Of a stretch of DNA of 64,000 nt, positions 57,702-64,000 are shown piece after piece. The position numbers and the translations under genes were made by a program. Position 1 is the first letter of the stretch. Each line of letters begins with the position of its first letter. Source of the stretch: Candidatus Magasanikiibacteriota bacterium (GTDB lineage: Bacteria > Patescibacteriota > Patescibacteriia > Magasanikbacterales > UBA922); contig DOMK01000001.1 of assembly GCA_003510435.1 (NCBI GenBank), positions 26,604 to 90,603 on the forward strand, read 5' to 3'. The notes under the pieces are model-generated. The model was not told where the DNA came from. It made no database searches and worked only from the letters and a program-made list of their open reading frames with translations.

Positions 57702-59498
57702 TTATTGCTTAGCTTCTTTTCTCGCATTCCTGATTCTATCATTATCAGTCAAAAGTTGCTTGCGCATTCTCACACTTTTTGGCGTAATTTCCAAATATTC
57801 ATCTTCAGCCATAATCTCCATACCACGCTCTAGAGTCAATTCTATTGGTGGAGTCAATTGAATGGCCATATCAGCGGTAGAAGCTCTCATATTGGTCAAA
57901 TGCTTGCCTTTAATAGGGTTTACAGTCATATCTTGGCCTTTGGCAGTATTGCCAATTACCTGGCCTTCATAGACCTCTACATTTGGTCCCACAAACAAAG
58001 TCCCACGATCTTGTAAATTGGCTAGAGAATAGGATAATACTTTACCAGTCTCGCCAGAAATCATAGAACCAACATCGCGCTTTTCAATTTCACCCACATA
58101 TGGTTTAAATCCAATCATTTCACTGCACAGAATGCCTTCACCCCGAGTATCAACAATGAATTCATTGCGATAACCCAGTAGACCACGAGTTGGAATTTCA
58201 TAAATCAAACGGGTATGATTTTGTTCTGGCTTCATGGCAATCATTTGACCTTTTCTTTTGGACATTTTTTCAATTACCACTCCGGCAGATTCCTGAGGTA
58301 TATCAATGGTCACTTCTTCAAATGGTTCACACTTTACCGCATCCACGTCTTTGATAATAACTTGAGGTTGGGAGACTTGAATTTCAAAACCTTCACGACG
58401 CATATTTTCCAAAAGAACGGCAATATGCAATTCGCCTCGGCCATTAACTTTGTAATATTCTACTGGCGTAAAATCAACTTTCAATCCCACATTGACTTCC
58501 AATTCTTTTTCTAGTCTTTCTTTTATTTGTCTACTTGTCACATACTTCCCTTCTTTACCGGCAAAGGGAGAATTATTAACTAAAAAATTTAGTGAGATAG
58601 TTGGTTCATCAATTTTAATGGCGGGCAAAAGCGCTTCATCTTTATTAGCACAAATGGTGTCCCCAATATAAATATCAGGGAGCCCAGCGATCATAACAAT
58701 ATCACCAGCCGTCGCTTCGGTCACTTCTTTTCTAGTAAGACCTTCAAACGTGATCAATTGGTTAATCTGTCCGGAAATAATTTCTCCGGTTTGTTTTTTT
58801 ATAAAAACTCTATCACCATTTTTCATTGTCCCTTTATATATTCGGCCAATACCCATACGACCAAGATAATTATCATAAGCCAAATTGAATGGTTGCATAG
58901 TGAAAGGCAGAGTGGTATCAGCTAAGACGGCTGGTACTTTGGCAAGAATTGTATCCAAGAGCGGAGACAAATTATCAGATTCATCTGTTAGATTAATTTT
59001 GGCAATCCCCTGCTTGGCAATCGCAAACACGGTCGCAAAATTTAATTGTTCATCGGTCGCACCAAGATCCATAAATAATTCCAAAACTTTGTCATGAGTC
59101 CATTCTGGTCTGGCCGCTGGTTTATCAATTTTATTAATCACCACAATTGGCTTTAAACCAAGTTCCAAAGATTTTTTCAAAACAAATTTTGTTTGTGGCA
59201 TTGGCCCCTCCTGAGCATCGACGACTAATAAAACTGAATCAATTGAGCGTAAAACCCGTTCGACTTCTGAACCAAAATCAGCATGGCCGGGAGTATCTAC
59301 GATATTGATTTTTGTCCCTTTATAAAATACTGAGGTATTTTTTGAATAAATAGTAATGCCCCGTTCCATTTCCAAAGCATTGGAATCCATACTAACACTA
59401 TCATCTGTCACCATACCAGTTTGACGCATCAAAGCATCGGTCAATTTGGTTTTGCCGTGGTCTACGTGAGCAATAATTGCAATATTTCTAACTTCCAC
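57702..59498 (-). CDS. typA: translational GTPase TypA/BipA
   Basis: [20 protein letters not shown] ... [14 protein letters not shown]; EF-G-like five-domain length. Confidence 0.9.
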   Translation of the reverse strand: MEVRNIAIIAHVDHGKTKLTDALMRQTGMVTDDSVSMDSNALEMERGITIYSKNTSVFYKGTKINIVDTPGHADFGSEVERVLRSIDSVLLVVDAQEGPMPQTKFVLKKSLELGLKPIVVINKIDKPAARPEWTHDKVLELFMDLGATDEQLNFATVFAIAKQGIAKINLTDESDNLSPLLDTILAKVPAVLADTTLPFTMQPFNLAYDNYLGRMGIGRIYKGTMKNGDRVFIKKQTGEIISGQINQLITFEGLTRKEVTEATAGDIVMIAGLPDIYIGDTICANKDEALLPAIKIDEPTISLNFLVNNSPFAGKEGKYVTSRQIKERLEKELEVNVGLKVDFTPVEYYKVNGRGELHIAVLLENMRREGFEIQVSQPQVIIKDVDAVKCEPFEEVTIDIPQESAGVVIEKMSKRKGQMIAMKPEQNHTRLIYEIPTRGLLGYRNEFIVDTRGEGILCSEMIGFKPYVGEIEKRDVGSMISGETGKVLSYSLANLQDRGTLFVGPNVEVYEGQVIGNTAKGQDMTVNPIKGKHLTNMRASTADMAIQLTPPIELTLERGMEIMAEDEYLEITPKSVRMRKQLLTDNDRIRNARKEAKQ

Positions 59499-59536
59499 AA
59501 ATTTTTAGTTAACTAGTAAATTTCTAGAATTGCCTA

Positions 59537-59565
59537 ATTATAGCGAAAAATTTGTAATATGTCAA
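59537..59565 (-). promoter_or_regulatory. consensus sigma70 promoter TTGACA-N17-TATAAT for typA
   Basis: Minus-strand read: cTTGACAtattacaaatttttcgcTATAATtagg. Confidence 0.55.
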
Positions 59566-59575
59566 GTTGTGAAAC

Positions 59576-59604
59576 AAAAACCGCCTGTTAAGACGGTTTT
59601 ATTA
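59576..59604 (-). terminator. intrinsic terminator (AACCGTCTTAACAGGCGGTT + T-run) after the upstream membrane-protein gene
   Basis: aaaaaccgcctgttaagacggtttt palindrome. Confidence 0.5.
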
Positions 59605-59635
59605 TATTTAGTCGGTTAAAAATAGATACTAAACT

Positions 59636-60658
59636 TTAAAATTTTGTAGGTACAGCTGGTGTATTTTTGTATAATTCTGGATCAATTGTTCTTTCAAAAC
59701 ACACTCTACCCTTATCATGGCTCCAGTTTTGTTGGTAATTATCATAAGGTGAATAATAAGTAGGTTCTCGATTCACCAAACTGTCAGTCAAATTTGAACC
59801 AGCAAAATTAGCGCACAAATTGAATGATAATGGACTAATTATATTATACTCATAAGCAATCTGAGTATTTGGGTCAGTTGGTACCATAAATCCAGAGATA
59901 TTGTCTTGTAAGTCTGCCAATTTTGTTGGCAAAGCATTTTTCTTGGTCCAGTAATCAACGACTTGACTTTGCATTACTTGCAAATCATTTAGCCTTTGGT
60001 CATCAAACCGACGATTGCGTTGTTCACTTGGGGTACCAACAATAAAAAATCCCAAGACCACACTACCTAAAACCAAAACTCCAGACACAATAGCCAAAAT
60101 TCTCAACACTTTAGTTTTTTGTTCTTCTCTTTTTAGATCCCATAGATAATAACCAAAAACCGCTCCGGCTACCACTAATACGACTAAAACTTTTAAGAAA
60201 AATCTAGTACTCAATTCTCCATTTAGAAAATTATAAACAAAAGTCATGAGGTCTATAATAATCGTAATGGCCGACACAAACAAAGTAAAGTAAGTGAGCC
60301 ACTTGCGTAATTTCAAATCTCGTTTGGCTGGAATGCTAATCAAATCTTTTTCCAAAAACCAAGTTGTCAATAGATAAGCGGGAAAAGCAATCAAAAGAAC
60401 CGATGATGACCAACGCACCCCATTGGCAATGTTCATAAAATAATAATCTAGCGAATCTGGAAATGAGGCATTGATATATTGGATGAACAAAGTGATAAAA
60501 CCAATCACACTAAGATAAAATGTGACAATATTGAAAAGATGTAAAAAAACATCCTTTGGTGTGCTTTTTATGTGATTTTCCATATTAAATAAATTAATAC
60601 TAATTAAATTTTTATTTGTATAGAACACAAATTTTACAAATTGGACAAATTTACTCAA
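59636..60658 (-). CDS. polytopic membrane protein with C-terminal extracytoplasmic domain, unknown function
   Basis: 340 aa; 5-6 TM helices then a soluble tail. Confidence 0.45.
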   Translation of the reverse strand: MSKFVQFVKFVFYTNKNLISINLFNMENHIKSTPKDVFLHLFNIVTFYLSVIGFITLFIQYINASFPDSLDYYFMNIANGVRWSSSVLLIAFPAYLLTTWFLEKDLISIPAKRDLKLRKWLTYFTLFVSAITIIIDLMTFVYNFLNGELSTRFFLKVLVVLVVAGAVFGYYLWDLKREEQKTKVLRILAIVSGVLVLGSVVLGFFIVGTPSEQRNRRFDDQRLNDLQVMQSQVVDYWTKKNALPTKLADLQDNISGFMVPTDPNTQIAYEYNIISPLSFNLCANFAGSNLTDSLVNREPTYYSPYDNYQQNWSHDKGRVCFERTIDPELYKNTPAVPTKF

Positions 60659-60898
60659 ATCTAACTAATATAATTTGTGAAGATTTGTGATAATTTAGGT
60701 AATTTGAGTTCTATTTGAACATGGTTATTATACCACAAAGTTAGACTTTTAAATATTTTGTCAATGGCGTTGATTTTTAAAAAAACAAAAACCATCCTAC
60801 TCCCACGCAAATCTAAAATAATTTTAAACTTACGCGGACGGATGGCTTTTGAGTGGGAAAAAGAGCTATTGGAGAAAAACCAACCGTCAGCGGGTGAA

Positions 60899-61348
60899 TC
60901 ACCAGGAGCCGTGATACCTGCTGTCCGACTCCTGGGACACCTTGATGACCTGTTGTCGACTGATGACGACGAGCTGGAACATGTGGTGGCAGTTCGGACA
61001 CCTGATCGGCCCCGTGGTCGCGTTCGATAGCAACGAGACCTTCCTGCCACAGTCCTCGTGGGGGCACTGGACGCTGGCTTGCCCCGCGTGGATCTGCATG
61101 TCAGGAAGAGCCTTGGGCTTGGGCGTCGTGTCGGTCTTCTTGGACGCGGACGACAACGACTGGCAGTTGGGGCACAGCCCGTTGTGCTTGGTCGTGAGAC
61201 CGTTGCACTGAGGGCAACGCTCCATCTGCCCATCCTTGGTGCCGACGGCGTTGCACCGCTGGCACCAGTACTGATCGCCATGGTGCGGGTGAGGCACCAT
61301 GTGGTGGGGCTTGGCCCCTTTACACCCTTTCCAGAGACCCTTCTTCAT
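60899..61348 (-). CDS. His-rich, multi-CxxC zinc-ribbon protein on a GC-rich island
   Basis: 149 aa with CQRC ... CPQC ... CPNC ... CPHEDC ... CPNC. GC-rich codon usage unlike neighbours. The other long frames across this island are composition artefacts. Confidence 0.5.
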   Translation of the reverse strand: MKKGLWKGCKGAKPHHMVPHPHHGDQYWCQRCNAVGTKDGQMERCPQCNGLTTKHNGLCPNCQSLSSASKKTDTTPKPKALPDMQIHAGQASVQCPHEDCGRKVSLLSNATTGPIRCPNCHHMFQLVVISRQQVIKVSQESDSRYHGSW

Positions 61349-61411
61349 CGAAACACCACTTGGTTGAATTCTCCAATAGAAATTTAATCATTTCTACTTA
61401 AAAATGTCAAT

Positions 61412-62572
61412 TTATTTTTTTATTATTTTATACACCCCTGCCTTTTTCCCAGAAATTAATACTGAGAAATTTTGTTCTAATATAAATTTATCAGTAAAGT
61501 CTTTTAATAAATCTAAAAATAATTCTCTCTGCCCCAACAATACAACCGCCACGCCACCTGGTTTTAAAACTCTAAAAAATGATTGAAGCATCTGGGTGTA
61601 AAATATATTTAATTCACTCTCGCTCTTTTTATTAAAAATCCCCCACGGTGGATCAGTCACAATTTTATCAATTGAATTATTAGCAATACTGGGCAAAACC
61701 AAAGCATCACCATTATATACTTCAATTTTCAAATTCATCCTTTGGACATTAGTTTGCAAATAATTAACTAGTTTTTTATCATTGTCCGTGGCAATCACGC
61801 GCGTATACTTATTTATTTTTACCCGCTCAATCGGAATCGCACCCGAGCCAACAAACGGATCCAAAAAAACATCAGTCTTATTCATGTCTGACAATTGACA
61901 CAAAATATTTGTCACTTCGGGACGGAGTTCACCTTGTTGAAGACTCTTGGCTGAATCATGGTTGTGAGTAATCCGCATACCAAAAAATCCCCTGCCTTCA
62001 CTCCGCAATAATATCCAAAATTCAATATCAGGTTTTTTTCGATTAGTTCTATATTTGGTAAAGTATTTTATTTTTTCTTCCAATTTTATTAAAAGCGTAT
62101 TGTCCACGGCTGACAATTGATTTTCTTTGGAAGTAATAATGCGAAAAGTTTTTTGTCTCACTGACAAAACCGGAATATTAAGCTTGGCATTATTCACCAA
62201 TTCATTAAGCATTAAATCTAAGGATAAATTTTTGTCAGAAAATTCTTTTATGAGAATAAAAGTATTATTTACAAACCGTAATTCTTTTACTTTGTTTACA
62301 TCTGTCGTAGTAGTATAAACAACTAACCCGTCCAAAAGTAAAACAATCTTGGTTTTATCCAGAGATTTAATTAGAAAATCTTTGACGGCATTTTCAAAAC
62401 CGCTTACAAATGTTGAATAATAGATGTACATAATAAGGAATAAGGAGAAAGGAATAAAAAAATATAATAAACTCTGTTTGTTCTGTTTGTTCTGTTTGTT
62501 CTGTTTGTTCTGTTTGTTCTGTTTGTTCTGTTTGTTCTGTTTGTTCTGTTTGTTCTGTTGTAAAATTAACAA
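61412..62572 (-). CDS. class I SAM-dependent RNA methyltransferase (DPPW amino-methyltransferase motif; THUMP-like N-terminal region) with (QNK)9 N-terminal repeat
   Basis: FLDPFVGSGAIPIE (motif I), IVTDPPWG (motif IV). True start may be the ATG at 62431 downstream of the repeat. Confidence 0.6.
   Translation of the reverse strand: MLILQQNKQNKQNKQNKQNKQNKQNKQNKQNKQSLLYFFIPFSLFLIMYIYYSTFVSGFENAVKDFLIKSLDKTKIVLLLDGLVVYTTTTDVNKVKELRFVNNTFILIKEFSDKNLSLDLMLNELVNNAKLNIPVLSVRQKTFRIITSKENQLSAVDNTLLIKLEEKIKYFTKYRTNRKKPDIEFWILLRSEGRGFFGMRITHNHDSAKSLQQGELRPEVTNILCQLSDMNKTDVFLDPFVGSGAIPIERVKINKYTRVIATDNDKKLVNYLQTNVQRMNLKIEVYNGDALVLPSIANNSIDKIVTDPPWGIFNKKSESELNIFYTQMLQSFFRVLKPGGVAVVLLGQRELFLDLLKDFTDKFILEQNFSVLISGKKAGVYKIIKK
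62474..62560. repeat. perfect tandem repeat (CTGTTTGTT)x~9.5
   Basis: Read directly. In frame it encodes QNKQNK... at the 5' end of the methyltransferase ORF. Confidence 0.9.
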
Positions 62573-62614
62573 CAGAAATAGCAGAATTGAGCGGAAAAAA
62601 ACAGAAAATAAAAT

Positions 62615-63220
62615 TTATAAATTATTTTCTTCTTTGTTATTTTTGCAAACAAAAGCTTTTCCATCATTAAACTTTTCCTTCCATTCTTCTGGATTGCCAT
62701 AATCAGCAAATTCACTGTACCAACCATGATGAAACTTTGGTTTATGAGCCGCTTTGATTGGACACCAATATCTCTCAGTTCGGCCAGCAATTTCTACCGC
62801 ATAAGCAAATAGACCACCAACATAGGTGCAATAAATGCAATGAATTTTTTGAATCCAATTGAGATAATCCAAAAACTGACGATCATAAACAATAAAATCT
62901 TTACGATTAACTTTTGGAATGTGAAAAAGAGGAAAGGCTACCATGTGATAAAGTGTTAGGAAAAAATCCAAAATAAAGGCCGGGATTATCATCATGTAAA
63001 TAAATGGCATGGACAATAAATGTCGAATATTTTGAGGAACAACATATTTCCAAGCCGGAATTTTGAAAGATTTATTTATTCGTTTAATTTCTTTTAAAAA
63101 CACGACTTTTCTACCAGAAAAATAAAAACCATACTTCTCAGCCAACTGATTATATTTATCTGACAACTGTTTGTTTAAAGAATTAATTTTCTCTATGATC
63201 TGTTTTATACTTTGGTTCAT
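62615..63220 (-). CDS. hypothetical membrane-associated protein
   Basis: 201 aa; two central hydrophobic helices; Cys/His-containing C-terminal part (HCIYCTY ... WCPIKAAHKPKFHHGW). Confidence 0.4.
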   Translation of the reverse strand: MNQSIKQIIEKINSLNKQLSDKYNQLAEKYGFYFSGRKVVFLKEIKRINKSFKIPAWKYVVPQNIRHLLSMPFIYMMIIPAFILDFFLTLYHMVAFPLFHIPKVNRKDFIVYDRQFLDYLNWIQKIHCIYCTYVGGLFAYAVEIAGRTERYWCPIKAAHKPKFHHGWYSEFADYGNPEEWKEKFNDGKAFVCKNNKEENNL

Positions 63221-63223
63221 AAA

Positions 63224-64000
63224 TTAGTTATTTTTAAGAAATGCAAAAAATATTGGTGGAATAATCAAAATTATTAAACCACTTAAAAGAAAAGCCGTAC
63301 CCACAGAAAACAAATCTGACCAATAACCGACAATTGGTATTGTAATAGCTACACCCAATTGATAAACCAGAGCATTTATAGAATTCATAGTCGCTCGTTT
63401 TCTAGATTCACATTCTTCATTCCACAGATGCCCTAATATTGGACTGCGCAAGCCAAAAAAGAAAGAGGAAGTGGAAAATAATATTAACATAGTTAAGCCT
63501 GTTGTCCAAGTAGCAAAAATCAATAGCAAGGCTAATAATATTACCGACATTATCACTGTCCGTTTATTGCCAAATCGCTCGGATATAGCATGTGAAAAAT
63601 AAAAACCCAGTGAAGACAGGGCAAACTCAGCCGCGGTAGCATAACCAAACCACAAAATAGGAATATTTTTAAATTGAAAAAATAATTGACTCAAAAAATG
63701 AGTACTCTCACCAAACGACCAAGCCACTATTCCACCCAGCAAAATAAACATCAGTTGTTTATTTTTTAAAACATCTTTAGCAGATTCTAACATGTGTCCA
63801 TTTAAAGTTGCATCAGCTTTTTTTTCGTACGGTGGTTCATCAATAAAAAATATAATAATTAAAGCGATTAGAAACGGAAAAATTGTATAAAATATTGGAG
63901 TGCGAAGTGAGATGGTAGCCAAATATCCTCCAATCACGGAACTGATAGCCGCCCCAGCTGGCCAAATCGCCATATAAATTCCACTAATTTTTTTATATAA
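63224..64000 (-). CDS. MFS-type transporter, C-terminal half (5' end beyond window)
   Basis: Six TM helices with MFS-like loops; ORF runs to the window edge. Confidence 0.5.
   Translation of the reverse strand, partial: LYKKISGIYMAIWPAGAAISSVIGGYLATISLRTPIFYTIFPFLIALIIIFFIDEPPYEKKADATLNGHMLESAKDVLKNKQLMFILLGGIVAWSFGESTHFLSQLFFQFKNIPILWFGYATAAEFALSSLGFYFSHAISERFGNKRTVIMSVILLALLLIFATWTTGLTMLILFSTSSFFFGLRSPILGHLWNEECESRKRATMNSINALVYQLGVAITIPIVGYWSDLFSVGTAFLLSGLIILIIPPIFFAFLKNN

Noticed and set aside
60661-61387. 206-aa, 109-aa and ~90-aa ORFs overlapping the zinc-ribbon gene
   Set aside because: Arg/Pro/Ser-rich nonsense translations from a GC-rich block; the CxxC-bearing frame is the only one with protein-like periodic motifs.
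62474-62560. Possible CRISPR array
   Set aside because: Units are 9 bp, perfectly contiguous, with no spacers; it is a microsatellite-type tandem repeat, not a CRISPR.
62424-62702. 92-aa plus-strand ORF with (LCLFC)n
   Set aside because: Produced by the 9-bp tandem repeat read on the opposite strand.

Overview
AT-rich, very gene-dense bacterial chromosome segment with almost every gene on the minus strand. Only the first ~1.4 kb and one foreign-looking island are plus-strand. The gene content fits a small-genome Patescibacteria/CPR-like organism; that assignment is inference, not a search result. Recognisable housekeeping backbone: serS, cdd, lysS, greA, mreB-mreC-mreD-mrdA, proS, a UvrD/AddA-like helicase-nuclease, and a complete F-type ATP synthase operon (atpZ-B-E-F-H-A-G-D-C). 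Also an Fe-S assembly cluster (Rrf2 regulator - cysteine desulfurase - NifU - two ferredoxins), rsmI, metG, tatD, typA, and wall genes (ftsQ-like, femAB-like, degT-like, murF). Unusual content layered on top: (1) at least six families of short palindromic repeat elements, several inserted in frame inside conserved genes, and two of them bracketing four-helix-bundle and GxxExxY ORFs in an rRNA-intervening-sequence-like layout; (2) a 1.3-kb GC-rich plus-strand island (27993-29306) with its own consensus promoter, a structured GC-rich leader, an unrecognisable 311-aa ORF and tandem terminators; (3) next to it, three tandem genes for tiny acidic cysteine-rich peptides (19/48/49 aa), two with their own consensus sigma70 promoters, metallothionein-like in their C-terminal GCGCNC motif; (4) a second GC-rich island (60720-61390) encoding a multi-CxxC zinc-ribbon protein; (5) domain fusions (LysS-HD, RdgB-Nudix, membrane-anchored MurF); (6) a GIY-YIG nuclease gene inside the Fe-S operon with a decayed paralog 6 kb away; (7) a 9-bp x ~9.5 tandem repeat coding (QNK)n at the 5' end of an RNA methyltransferase gene. 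No rRNA, tRNA or CRISPR array was recognised. All calls come from reading the sequence and ORF translations; no searches were run.
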